This document shows positions 1 to 9,532 of a DNA stretch of 64,000 bases, piece by piece. How positions within the stretch are numbered: position 1 is the first letter of the stretch; every line of letters starts with the position of its first letter. Made by a program: the position numbers and the translations under genes. The stretch comes from Candidatus Eiseniibacteriota bacterium (GTDB lineage: Bacteria > Eisenbacteria > RBG-16-71-46), in NCBI GenBank assembly GCA_038231135.1, contig JBBRLX010000014.1, positions 28,604 to 92,603 of the forward strand, in the 5' to 3' direction. The notes under the pieces were generated by a model. The model was not told the DNA's origin, did no database searches, and saw only the letters and a list, made by a program, of their open reading frames with translations.

Positions 1-1088
1 TCGAGATGCAGCCGCACCGGTACCCGCTGCACGACCTTCGTGAAGTTGCCGGTCGCGTTATCGGGCGGCAGCAGCGAGAACCGGGCGCCCGTGGCCGGAC
101 TCAGCGATTCCAGCCGCGCCGGGAACGTGCGGCCGGGATACGAATCCACCTTCACCTCCGCGTGGTCGCCGGGCTTCACGCCCGCGATCTCGGTCTCTTT
201 GAGATTCGCGACGATCCACACGTCCTCGAGCGGCACCACGTCCATCAGCGGCTGTCCCACCTGCACGAGCTGACCGACCTCGACCGACTTGCGGCTCACG
301 ATGCCATCGGCCGGCGCCGGGAGCCGCGTCCAGCTGAGCGCGAGCGCCGCCTGGTCGCGTGCGGCCCGCAACGCCTGGACGCGCGCGTTTGCCCCGCCCA
401 GTCCGGCCTCGGCCACGGTTACCTGGCGGCGCGCGAGATCGAGCTTCGCGTCGCCGTCCTTGGCCGCTGCCTCGGCGGCGTCGAGCTGCAACGGGCTCAC
501 GTAGCCGCCCGGGGCCAGCGACCGATAGCGCTGCGCATCGGCGTGGGCGCGCTGGGCGTCGGCTTCCGCCTCCGCCACCAGGGCGCGGGCGGATGCGATC
601 TGCGCCTGCGCCTGTCCCGGCTGACCGTTGCCGCCGGTGTTCGCGAGTGCCGCGGCCAGGTCGCCCTCGGCCTGCGCGAGCTTCGCCTTCGCCTCGCGGT
701 CGTCGAGCTGAACCAGCAGGTCGCCGGTGTGCACCCGCTGGTTCTCGACCACGTTCACCGCCTCGACGAATCCCGACAGCTTGGGCAGCACGGGGATGAT
801 GTGGCCTTCGACCTGCGCGTCGTCGGTCGCAATGTGTGTGCGGCCCCACAGGTACTGGCGCGTGCCGAACACCGCCGCGAGCACGACCAGCACGCCTACC
901 GCCATGAGCACGAAGTGATTCCGGCGCGGCGGCGATCCCGGGGTTACCGGCACGGATGCGCTCGCCGGAGCGGATCCCACGGCCGGCGCGGGGACGGCCG
1001 CGGGCGCCGGCGCCGGCAGCCCGGACGGCGCTGCGTCAGACGGACGGCGATCGCCCGTTTGGGTTCCAGGTCCGACTCCAAGAGTCAT
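1..1088 (-). CDS. emrA: EmrA/HlyD-family membrane fusion protein (3' end runs off the window)
   Basis: Not in the ORF track. My translation from ATG 1088 gives a Pro/Ala linker, a TM helix, then THIATDDAQVEGHIIPVLPKLSGFV and ATGARFSLLPPDNATGNFTKVVQRVPV, which are EmrA signatures. It lies downstream of the TolC gene. Confidence 0.93.
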   Translation of the reverse strand, partial: MTLGVGPGTQTGDRRPSDAAPSGLPAPAPAAVPAPAVGSAPASASVPVTPGSPPRRNHFVLMAVGVLVVLAAVFGTRQYLWGRTHIATDDAQVEGHIIPVLPKLSGFVEAVNVVENQRVHTGDLLVQLDDREAKAKLAQAEGDLAAALANTGGNGQPGQAQAQIASARALVAEAEADAQRAHADAQRYRSLAPGGYVSPLQLDAAEAAAKDGDAKLDLARRQVTVAEAGLGGANARVQALRAARDQAALALSWTRLPAPADGIVSRKSVEVGQLVQVGQPLMDVVPLEDVWIVANLKETEIAGVKPGDHAEVKVDSYPGRTFPARLESLSPATGARFSLLPPDNATGNFTKVVQRVPVRLHL

Positions 1089-1107
1089 GGCTGCCAGGGC
1101 CTTTCGA

Positions 1108-2454
1108 TCAGTGGAGGTTGGAGGCGACACCGGAGGCGCGGGCCATGGCCACGTGCGCGGAGGCGATCGCGAACCGGGCATCGATGTCGGCGTCGCGGGC
1201 GCGCACCAGCGATGACTCGGCGTTGACGAGCTCGAGGCTGCCGGCGAGGCCGCCACGGAACCGGGCGCGCGCCTGGTCGAGCTCCTGGGCGGCGAGCTCC
1301 AGCCGCTCGGCGGCCACGACCTGCTGGCCGCGGCCGGACGCGAGGTCGAGCAGGGCACCGTTCACGTCGGCCGACACCTGCTGCTCCAGGTCCTCCGCCC
1401 GCACTTCCGACTCACGCAGCACCAGATCCTGCTCGGCGAGGCGCTGTTCCCGCCGCAGGCCATCGAGGATCGGCACGTTCCACGCCACGCTCATCTCACG
1501 GGTGGCGATGGAATTCGAAACGTCGGTGCCGCTCGCACCGTAATCGGCCGCGGCGTCGATATGACCGGCGCGCTCCCAGCGGATCGCGCTGCGATCGGCG
1601 CGCGCGCGCGCCAGCCGCGTGCGCTCCACCGCCAGATCGGGCCGGTGCGACATCGCAAACGCCACGGCGCTGGTGGCCGCGCCGGGCGCGTCGCTCGCGC
1701 CGAGTTCCGCCGACAGCGTGTCCGCGAGTTCGAGCGGCTCCTGGGGCGGCAGGGCGAGCGTGCGCGCCAGGTCGATGATCGCGCGGTCGAACTGGTTGCG
1801 TGCGACGAGCAGTGCGCCCTCCGCCGCGACGAGTTGGGTGCGTGCCCGCGTGGCCTCGATCTTCGGCGTGGTGCCGGCGCGCTCCTGGGCGTCGGCCAGC
1901 TCGACCAGCTGGCCGGCCACGGTGGAGTCGGCGGCGCGGGCGCCGACGACCGCGCGCGCACGCACGGCCCTTAGATAGGCGTTCGCCGCGTTTTGGGCCG
2001 ACAGCTCGGACGCCGACGTCCGCTCGGCGTGCGCCTGGTCGACCGCACGGCGCGCGGCGCCCAGCCGCGCCCAGCTCGCGGGGTCGAACACCGTCTGGGT
2101 CAGGCGCAGGCGCGCGTCGAACAGGTCCACCGGTCCCTGCAGATCCGCGAGCCCCGGCGCGCCCGGCGCCGTGGGAAAGCGGATGCCGAACGACTTCAGG
2201 TTGAACGTGCGATTCGAGAACATCGTCGAACCGGACAGTGTCGGCAGCAGCGAGCCGAACGACTGGCTCGACCGGCTGCGCGCCTCGCGCTCGTGCAGGT
2301 CCGCCAGCGTGACGGACGCGGTGCCGCCGGTCGCGCGCGCCACGGCTTCGGCCAGCGTCAGCCGGAGCACGGTGTCCGGTCCGGCGTGAGCGGCCCCCGC
2401 GACCCATCCGCACAGCAGCACGGCGCCTCCGATGCGGAGCAGCGCATCACGCAT
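1108..2454 (-). CDS. TolC-family outer membrane efflux protein
   Basis: Signal peptide, LTLAEAVARA start, two OEP-like helical repeats; located between the TetR and EmrA genes. Confidence 0.9.
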   Translation of the reverse strand: MRDALLRIGGAVLLCGWVAGAAHAGPDTVLRLTLAEAVARATGGTASVTLADLHEREARSRSSQSFGSLLPTLSGSTMFSNRTFNLKSFGIRFPTAPGAPGLADLQGPVDLFDARLRLTQTVFDPASWARLGAARRAVDQAHAERTSASELSAQNAANAYLRAVRARAVVGARAADSTVAGQLVELADAQERAGTTPKIEATRARTQLVAAEGALLVARNQFDRAIIDLARTLALPPQEPLELADTLSAELGASDAPGAATSAVAFAMSHRPDLAVERTRLARARADRSAIRWERAGHIDAAADYGASGTDVSNSIATREMSVAWNVPILDGLRREQRLAEQDLVLRESEVRAEDLEQQVSADVNGALLDLASGRGQQVVAAERLELAAQELDQARARFRGGLAGSLELVNAESSLVRARDADIDARFAIASAHVAMARASGVASNLH

Positions 2455-3151
2455 GCTCGGCCCCCACGGGTTGGGCGGCGATTCCGCGCAGAAACGTGTC
2501 GATCCAGTTTTCGACGTAATCCGCCGGACTGAACGCGAGCTGCACGGATTTCATGAACGAGTGCTTCCACAGCGACGCCATCAGCATCGGCGCGATCGCG
2601 ATGTAGACGGTCTGAGGCACGTCGACGGGCCGGAACTCGCCCGAATCGACGCCGCGCTGGATGGCGACCTCCAGTGTGGCGTTCGACCGGGTGATGATCT
2701 CGTCGTGATACCAGCGCGCGAGATCGGGGAAGTTGCCGGCCTCGGAGATCAGCAGCTTGGAGATGCCGCTCGTCGTCGAATTGAAGAACCGGTCCCAGCG
2801 CAATCGCAGCAGCTCTTTCACCAGTTCCGTCGCCGAACCCGCATGCCGGCGAAGCAGCTCCTCGGCCGCCGTCATGGTCGGAACCAGATGATGACGGGTC
2901 ATCGCCTTGAACAACGCTTCCTTGTTCTCGAAGTATAGGTACAGCGTCGCCTTGCTCACGCCCGCGCGCCGGCCGATGTCGTCGAGCCGGGCCGAGGCAT
3001 AGCCGCGCTCCACGAATTCCATCAATGCAGCGTCGAGGATCTCAGATGGTCGGGCATCCTTGCGGCGTCGCCAGCGGGGGGCAGCCGAGCCACCGCCGGA
3101 CTCACCCCGGGGGGCGACGACATGTACCGGAATCAGATTGGGCTTTCTCAT
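2447..3151 (-). CDS. TetR/AcrR-family transcriptional regulator
   Basis: EILDAALMEFVERGYASARLDDIGRRAGVSKATLYLYFENKEALF HTH; RBS AAGGAG; overlaps the TolC start. Confidence 0.95.
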   Translation of the reverse strand: MRKPNLIPVHVVAPRGESGGGSAAPRWRRRKDARPSEILDAALMEFVERGYASARLDDIGRRAGVSKATLYLYFENKEALFKAMTRHHLVPTMTAAEELLRRHAGSATELVKELLRLRWDRFFNSTTSGISKLLISEAGNFPDLARWYHDEIITRSNATLEVAIQRGVDSGEFRPVDVPQTVYIAIAPMLMASLWKHSFMKSVQLAFSPADYVENWIDTFLRGIAAQPVGAEHA

Positions 3152-3164
3152 GAACTCCTTCAGA

Positions 3165-3205
3165 TAACTTACCCGCAGGTTAGATGCAAATAACTTTCAA
3201 GTCAA
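3165..3205 (-). promoter_or_regulatory. sigma70 promoter (TTGACT-17-TAACCT) with overlapping putative TetR operator
   Basis: Minus strand -35 TTGACT at 3205-3200 and -10 TAACCT at 3182-3177; imperfect palindrome TAAC-N10-GTTA at 3165-3182; AT-rich patch. Confidence 0.7.
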
Positions 3206-3251
3206 TTAAATCAGCGCATGAAAGGGCGTCGAGGCGAAGGGGGCGGGGGAG

Positions 3252-3776
3252 CTAGTTGCGGGCGGGGAGCATGCGGACGTGGGTGTCGCGCACCCGCGCC
3301 TTGTTCACGAACAGCACGCCGATGCGAGTGCGCAGCGGGAAGAAGTCCTGCGGTCCGTTCAGAAAATCCGACGCCCGGTGGATGCCGTTCGGTGGCTCGA
3401 GCTGGATCAGGCCGTCGATCTGCCGGCCGTCGTTGAACGTCACATGCACCGATTCCTCACGCGTCAACCCGATCACGGGCGGGCTGATCAGCGGCGGTTC
3501 CACTCCCAGGCCCGCCATCGCCCAGTCGATGTTCACGCGCGTGATCAGCAGCACGTCCATCGCCTCATCGAGGATGAACGGAATCGTCCGCAACGGCCCG
3601 TTGAGCAGGTCGAGAATCGTTTCGGGGCCGGGCCTCAGCGGCGTGGACCGGGACAGCGAGAAGATGCCGTCGATCGGATCCTGTCCCGGCAGGCAGACAC
3701 GGACCGCGGCCCGCAGCTTGTCCACGTATTCCGGGCTGGTTGCCAGCCGGCTCGCACGCTGTGGTTCGGAGCTCAC
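3252..3776 (-). CDS. Hypothetical protein, tandem DUF6812-like domains
   Basis: Two similar halves: V.V...DPIDG...ILDLLNG..RTIPF and VHVTFNDGRQIDG...RASDFLNG..DFFPL...VNK. Confidence 0.65.
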   Translation of the reverse strand: MSSEPQRASRLATSPEYVDKLRAAVRVCLPGQDPIDGIFSLSRSTPLRPGPETILDLLNGPLRTIPFILDEAMDVLLITRVNIDWAMAGLGVEPPLISPPVIGLTREESVHVTFNDGRQIDGLIQLEPPNGIHRASDFLNGPQDFFPLRTRIGVLFVNKARVRDTHVRMLPARN

Positions 3777-4005
3777 GTAACGCCTCGTCTCGAGAACAGG
3801 GGTCTTCGCGTTCCGAGGCCTCGCCTGGGGACGCGTCCACCGGACCGTTCATGGTCCGCCGAGCGAAGGAACGACTCCGTGGAGTGCAGGCCCCCGGTCC
3901 CATCGCTCTCCGCTGGCGGACCACGAATAATCCGGCAGACGGGCGAGTGGGCGTCCGACATGCTCGAAGGATGCGTGCAGCAGAGGAGTACGAGGGATCT
4001 ACAAG

Positions 4006-4020
4006 GCCAGAATCATGCCA
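4006..4020 (-). promoter_or_regulatory. Putative sigma54 (-24/-12) promoter
   Basis: TGGCATGATTCTGGC (GG-N10-GC) in a lower-GC intergenic region, pointing toward 3776. Confidence 0.45.
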
Positions 4021-4213
4021 TCCGGCCGACACATACGTCAGGAATCGTAAGCTCGCCGGGTGCATGCGATTCGACGGAAGCATGCTTTCCGGCGTTCGCG
4101 CCTGTTCTTCGTTGAAACGCGCGAGCCCGAATATGAATTCCGGTCCAACCCGCAGTCACAACGGAGAGTACGAACCGCACGCCGAATTCGACGTGTTGGC
4201 GGATCCAGCCACC

Positions 4214-5134
4214 TCAGCGCAATGCTCGATGCAAGAAAACCACCGTCCGCGGCCAGGCCTGGCGAGTAGCGGTCAGATTTGCGCCGTTACGGTCGTCCTG
4301 CGCCCGCAGGAATCCGTGCCCGGCGCCGGCGAATACGTGCGACTCGAAGCTCTGGCCATGCCCGGACAGCGCGGCCCGGGCCGGCTCGAGGGTCGATGTC
4401 ACACGCGCGTCGTCGCCGCCGTAGAACGCGAGCACCGGCACCCGGATCTCGGCGAGCGTCGCGCTATCGGGCGCGACGCCGTAGTACACCACGGCGGCGG
4501 CGAGCGGCGGAGCCGACGTCGCGTAGGAGAAGCTCTGGCCGCCTCCCCAGCAGAACCCCAGCGTGGCCACGCGACCGTTCGTGGCCGGCAGGCGGGCCGC
4601 GAAGTCTCGCACGGCATCCAGCCGCGCACGGGCTTCGTCCGGTGTGAGCTTGCGCACCAGCGCCACCACGTCGTCGCGGCCCGGCACCGACTCGGTGCCG
4701 CCGCCATTGGGGCCGAGCCCCGAGATCAGATTGGGCACCACCGCGATCATGCCCTCGGCCGCGAGCTGGTCGGCGACGCCGCGGACCCAGTCGCTGAGCC
4801 CGTAGACCTCGTGGATCACGAGCACGACGCCGGCCTTGCCGGGACGTTCGGGATACATCACCCAGGTGCGGATGGGCGTGCCGCCGGAGGCGAGCGGGAT
4901 GTCGACATACTCGCCGTGGCGCGGCGAGTGGTCGAGCGCGTCCTTGGCCGTGACTTCGGACGCCGGCAGCCGCCGGCTGCCCGCCGAGGGCGCCGGCGTG
5001 CTGGCGCACGCGCAGCACAGCGCGACGAGTGCGATCGCGAGCGGGGCGAACGCCCGCGGCACGAGACGTCGTGAGGGCGCCGGGGGCGACGGGAGGTTCG
5101 AAGTGGACGGGTGGAATTCATTCCAGAGGCTCAT
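4214..5134 (-). CDS. Dienelactone hydrolase family protein, probably exported
   Basis: IHEVYGL, GFCWGG nucleophile motif, GAGHGF; lipobox-like hydrophobic N-terminus; RBS AGGAG before ATG 5134. Confidence 0.92.
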   Translation of the reverse strand: MSLWNEFHPSTSNLPSPPAPSRRLVPRAFAPLAIALVALCCACASTPAPSAGSRRLPASEVTAKDALDHSPRHGEYVDIPLASGGTPIRTWVMYPERPGKAGVVLVIHEVYGLSDWVRGVADQLAAEGMIAVVPNLISGLGPNGGGTESVPGRDDVVALVRKLTPDEARARLDAVRDFAARLPATNGRVATLGFCWGGGQSFSYATSAPPLAAAVVYYGVAPDSATLAEIRVPVLAFYGGDDARVTSTLEPARAALSGHGQSFESHVFAGAGHGFLRAQDDRNGANLTATRQAWPRTVVFLHRALR

Positions 5135-5271
5135 GAACAACTCCTGTTCTGGGGTCGCGTTGGGGCGCGTTCGTACGAACCCGTGTTTCGCCGAATGGCG
5201 GATGCGCTATGCTCCGCCGTCTCATCGACCGGTCCAAACACCCCAGCCGGCGCCGCCGGATCGGAGCTTCC

Positions 5272-8004
5272 ATGAGTCTGCCACGCCGCACGGTTGCCGC
5301 GCTCGCAATCGCCGGTGTCGTCGCCTGGGTGGCGGTCGCCGCCTCGACATCGGCCGCCGCCCCGCTCGCCGCAGCCACCACCGGCGCCGCGACCACCGCC
5401 GCTACTGCCCCCGTCTCCGCCTCGCCCGACGTCTCGCCGCCGCGGCTCTCGCACGACGTAGTGCCGACCTCGCAGGCCGTGGAACTCACGCTCGACCCCG
5501 AGCAGGACCACTACGACGGGCGCGTGCGGATCGCGCTGTCCGTGATGGTGCCCACGACCGAGCTGCGGTTCCACGCGCGCGCCATGACGCTCGACACCGT
5601 CACCATGCGCGGCCCGGCGGGTCCGGTTCCGGTGGCCGGCGTCGAGCGCATCGCGCCCGATCAGGCCCGCGTGCGATTCGCGGCAGCGCTCGCTCCGGGC
5701 GACTATCACCTGACGATCGTGTTCCACAACGCCTACAACACTCGCGCGGTCGCGCTCTATCGCGTCGTTACCGGCGGCCACGGCTACCTGTTCACACAGT
5801 TCGAAGACACCGAAGCCCGCGAGGCATTTCCGTGCTGGGATGAACCTGAATTCAAGATCCCGTGGACGGTGTCGCTCGCGGTGCCGGCGGCCGACCTGGC
5901 CGTGGGGAACACGACGATCGCGCGCGAGACGCGGCTCGGCGACCGGAAACGCGTGGAGTTCAAGGGCACGAAGCCGCTGCCGTCCTATCTGATCGCGATC
6001 GCGGTCGGCCCGTTCGAGACCGTGCCAATCCCGGGGATGGGCGTGCCGGGCCGCGTGATCACCGTGGAGGGCGCGAGCGCCATGGCGCACGAGGCGGCGA
6101 TGGCGGCGGGACCGATCATCCGGTCGCTCGAGCGCTACTTCGGCCGTCCGTATCCCTACGAGAAGCTCGACCTGATCGCGGCGCCCGAGTTCCAGTACGG
6201 AGCGATGGAGAACGCCGGCGCCATCGTGTTCGCCGACCGCCGGCTGCTCATCGACCCGCGCTCCGTGGATCCCGACCTGCGGCGGTCGATCACCAGCGTC
6301 ATCGCGCACGAGATGGCGCACCAGTGGTTCGGCGATCTCGTGACCATGAAGTGGTGGGACGACCTGTGGCTCAACGAGTCGTTCGCGAGCTGGATGGCGA
6401 CCAAGGTGATGGACGACGTGTACCCCGACACGCACGGCGGCGTCACCGCGTTGTTCTCGGTGAATCGCGCGCTGGCGATCGATTCGCGGTCCTCGACGCG
6501 CGCGATGCGCGAGAAGATCACGGGCTCGACGACCCTCGGGCAGACCGCGAACGAACTGACCTACGACAAGGGCCAGGCCGTGCTCACGATGTTCGAGGGC
6601 TGGCTCGGCTATTCGAAGTTCCGCGCTGGCGTGCTCGACTATCTCGCCGCGCACGAGTGGAGGAACGCCGAAGGCAGCGACCTGTGGCGGGCGATGGGCC
6701 GGGTGTCGGGCGACGACATCGACGCCGCGATGTCGAGCTTCCTCGATCAGCCCGGCGTGCCGCTCGTCACCATCGAGCCGCTGCCCGCGGGGCGGCTCAA
6801 GATCGCGCAGCGGCGGTTTTTCACCTCGGGCGATGCCGCGGGCCACGCGCTGTGGCGGATTCCCGTGATTCTGCGCACGCCCGGCCGCGACAGCGTTCTC
6901 ACGCACCGCCTGTGGCTCACCGGTCCCGACACCACGATCGACCTCGGCACGGGCGCGGCGCCGGCCTGGGTCGAGCCGAATGCGGACGCGCGTGGCTACT
7001 ACCGGTGGCAGGTGCCCGACGCGATGCTGGACGCGCTGGCCGCCGCGAAGCGCTCGCTGACCGTGCGGGAGCGCATCGAGTTGATCGCGAATCTCACCGC
7101 CCTGCTGCGCGCGGGCCAGTTGCATGGCGACCGTTACCTGGCACTGGTGACGCCGCTCGCCGACGATCCGTCGCCCGAGGTGGTGCGATCCGCAATCGAA
7201 TCGTTGAACGGCGTGCGCCTCGCGCTCGAGACCCCGCGGGCGCGCACGCAGCTCGCGACGTACCTTCGCGGCGTGTTCGAGCCCGCGCTGCAGCGGTTCG
7301 GCATGCGCCCGCAGCCGCGCGAGGCGTTGGGTGTCACGCTCGTACGCCCGGTGCTGCTGCGGCTGCTCGCCGACGGCGCGGGTGACACGCGGGTGGTCGC
7401 CTACGCGGATTCGCTGGGCCGTGCCTACCGCCGCGATCCCGCCTCGATCCCGGCGTCGCTGGCGGAGACGGCGATTCTGGTCGGCGCGGAGGACGGTGAC
7501 CGCGCGGAGTTCGACGACTATCGCCACCGCTTCGAGACCACCCAGGTGCCGAACGAGCGCGTGACGTACCTCGCGGGGCTCGGGCGGTTCCAGGCGCCCG
7601 ACCTGCGCAGCGCCGCGCTGGCGTATGCATTGACCGGCCCGATGCGGCCACAGGAGGCGCTCGTCATTCCGGGTTCGATGGCATTGAGCAACCTCGGATC
7701 CGAAGGCCGCGGCGGCGGCGACTATCCCGACGCGGTCGTGGACTGGGTATTCCAGAACTTCGACGCGCTGCGCGGACGCCTGCCGCCGAACTTCGGCAGC
7801 CGCATCATATTTCTGGGCGGCGGGTGCTCCGAGGAGCGGATCGCCACGCTGCGGAAGTTTTTCGACGATCCGGCGCACAAGGTGCAGGGCGGCGACAGCA
7901 CGCTGCGCCGGCTGTCGGCCGCGATCGAGGAATGTTCGAAGCTGAACGCGCGCGAGAGTGCCCGCGTCGAACACTGGCTGCTCGAGCGTTCCAGCCATTT
8001 CTGA
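5272..8004 (+). CDS. pepN: M1-family aminopeptidase N with ERAP1-like C-terminal domain, secreted
   Basis: TQFE..AREAFPCWDEP, GAMEN, HEMAHQWFG..WLNE; signal peptide. Start moved to ATG 5272, which follows GGAG. Confidence 0.93.
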   Translation: MSLPRRTVAALAIAGVVAWVAVAASTSAAAPLAAATTGAATTAATAPVSASPDVSPPRLSHDVVPTSQAVELTLDPEQDHYDGRVRIALSVMVPTTELRFHARAMTLDTVTMRGPAGPVPVAGVERIAPDQARVRFAAALAPGDYHLTIVFHNAYNTRAVALYRVVTGGHGYLFTQFEDTEAREAFPCWDEPEFKIPWTVSLAVPAADLAVGNTTIARETRLGDRKRVEFKGTKPLPSYLIAIAVGPFETVPIPGMGVPGRVITVEGASAMAHEAAMAAGPIIRSLERYFGRPYPYEKLDLIAAPEFQYGAMENAGAIVFADRRLLIDPRSVDPDLRRSITSVIAHEMAHQWFGDLVTMKWWDDLWLNESFASWMATKVMDDVYPDTHGGVTALFSVNRALAIDSRSSTRAMREKITGSTTLGQTANELTYDKGQAVLTMFEGWLGYSKFRAGVLDYLAAHEWRNAEGSDLWRAMGRVSGDDIDAAMSSFLDQPGVPLVTIEPLPAGRLKIAQRRFFTSGDAAGHALWRIPVILRTPGRDSVLTHRLWLTGPDTTIDLGTGAAPAWVEPNADARGYYRWQVPDAMLDALAAAKRSLTVRERIELIANLTALLRAGQLHGDRYLALVTPLADDPSPEVVRSAIESLNGVRLALETPRARTQLATYLRGVFEPALQRFGMRPQPREALGVTLVRPVLLRLLADGAGDTRVVAYADSLGRAYRRDPASIPASLAETAILVGAEDGDRAEFDDYRHRFETTQVPNERVTYLAGLGRFQAPDLRSAALAYALTGPMRPQEALVIPGSMALSNLGSEGRGGGDYPDAVVDWVFQNFDALRGRLPPNFGSRIIFLGGGCSEERIATLRKFFDDPAHKVQGGDSTLRRLSAAIEECSKLNARESARVEHWLLERSSHF

Positions 8005-8126
8005 CACGGGCGGTTCGCTGTACGTCACTCGCCCGGGAAAGCCGGGCGCGCTTGCGACGGCGGCCCGGGCCGCTGGTATTCTGAACGTTCGCACCCAGTT
8101 CAACCCTCTCCAGACGGAGCGTCGCC

Positions 8127-9380
8127 ATGCCGCCCACGACCGCACTCCAGACCTCGGTGCTCGAGCGCTTCCTGCGCTACGTCACCGTCGACACCCAGTC
8201 CGCCGAAGGCTCGAGCACCTATCCCAGCACGCTCAAGCAGCTCGTGCTGCTCGACCAGCTCGTCGCCGAGTTGAAGCAGATCGGCCTCGCGGACGCGGTT
8301 CGCGACGAGCACGGCTACGTCATGGCGACGATCCCCGCGACAACGAAGAAGCCGAACGTGCCCGTGATCGGGCTGCTCGCGCACGTCGACACGTCGCCCG
8401 AGATGAGCGGCGCCAACGTGAAGCCGATCGTGCATCGCAACTGGCAGGGTGGCGACGTCGTGCTGCCCGACGACCCGAGCGCCGTGATCCGCCGCGCCGA
8501 TTCGCCGGAGTTGGAGCACCAGATCGGCAACGACATCGTGACCGCCTCCGGCACCACGCTGCTCGGCGCCGACAACAAGGCCGGCGTCGCCGAGATCGTC
8601 GCCGCGGCCGAATACCTGATCCAGCATCCCGAGATCAAGCACGGCGCGATCCGCATTGGCTTCACGCCCGACGAGGAGGTCGGCGGCGGCACCACGCATT
8701 TCGACGTGAAGAAGTTCGGCGCGTTCTGCGGCTATACGATGGACGGCAGCGGCCGCGGCGAGCTGGAGATCGAGACGTTCTCGGCCGACGCGATGACGTT
8801 CACGTTCCAGGGCGTGAATACGCACCCCGGGTTCGCCAGGGACCGCATGGTGAACTCGATCAAGGTCGCCGCGGAGTTCATCAGCCGGCTGCCGAAGGAC
8901 CAGGCGCCCGAGTCGACCTCGGGTCGCGAGGGGTTCGTGCATCCCTACGTGGTGAACGCGTCCGTCGATCAAACCTCGGTGCGGTTCCTGATCCGCGACT
9001 TCGACACGGCGAAGCTGAAGCAAAAGGAAGCGCTGCTCGAGACGCTGGCGCGCGACGCGGCCGCCACGTGGCCGGGTGTGAAGCTGTCGTTCAAGGTCGA
9101 GGAGTCGTACCGCAACATGAAGGAAGTGCTCGATCAGCATCCGCAGATCGCGGAGCACGCGCGCGAGGCGATTCGCCGTGCCGGCATCGAGCCGCGGGAG
9201 TCCGCGATCCGCGGTGGCACCGACGGCTCGCGGCTGAGCTTCATGGGCCTGCCCACGCCGAACATCTTCGCCGGCGAGCAGAACTTCCATTCGCGCTTCG
9301 AATGGGTGTCGGCGCAGGACATGGAGAAGGCGGTCGAGGTGATCGTGCTCCTCGCGCAGGTGTGGGAGGAGAAGGCCTGA
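8127..9380 (+). CDS. pepT: Peptidase T (M20B tripeptide aminopeptidase)
   Basis: ERFLRYV, AHVDTS, LLGADNKAG, TPDEEVG, IRGGTDG, NFHSRFEW. Confidence 0.97.
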   Translation: MPPTTALQTSVLERFLRYVTVDTQSAEGSSTYPSTLKQLVLLDQLVAELKQIGLADAVRDEHGYVMATIPATTKKPNVPVIGLLAHVDTSPEMSGANVKPIVHRNWQGGDVVLPDDPSAVIRRADSPELEHQIGNDIVTASGTTLLGADNKAGVAEIVAAAEYLIQHPEIKHGAIRIGFTPDEEVGGGTTHFDVKKFGAFCGYTMDGSGRGELEIETFSADAMTFTFQGVNTHPGFARDRMVNSIKVAAEFISRLPKDQAPESTSGREGFVHPYVVNASVDQTSVRFLIRDFDTAKLKQKEALLETLARDAAATWPGVKLSFKVEESYRNMKEVLDQHPQIAEHAREAIRRAGIEPRESAIRGGTDGSRLSFMGLPTPNIFAGEQNFHSRFEWVSAQDMEKAVEVIVLLAQVWEEKA

Positions 9381-9532
9381 GCGGGCTGGCGCTTCGTCTT
9401 CGGCACGACCTCCGGTCGCTTGAGGCGTGCGGGCGCAGATGGTGCCGGGTGTTCACCGGAACGGGTAGTCCGGCGATGAAGGCTCGGGGGCGAAAGCTAC
9501 TGACGAAGCTGAATCAGCCGTGAGGCGGCGCT

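Noticed and set aside
3773..3961. 62-aa ORF upstream of the DUF6812-like gene
   Set aside because: No clear RBS or motif; it may be an untranslated leader.
5131..8145. Long antisense and alternative-frame ORFs (e.g. 5131-8145, 27702-30431, 45973-48840, 59007-61667, 17248-19710)
   Set aside because: Arg/Ala/Gly-rich shadows of real genes, expected at this GC content; no motifs.
9381..9532. Possible ncRNA (GGC-GAAA-GCT tetraloop) between pepT and ileS
   Set aside because: Only a 3-bp stem and no recognisable family.
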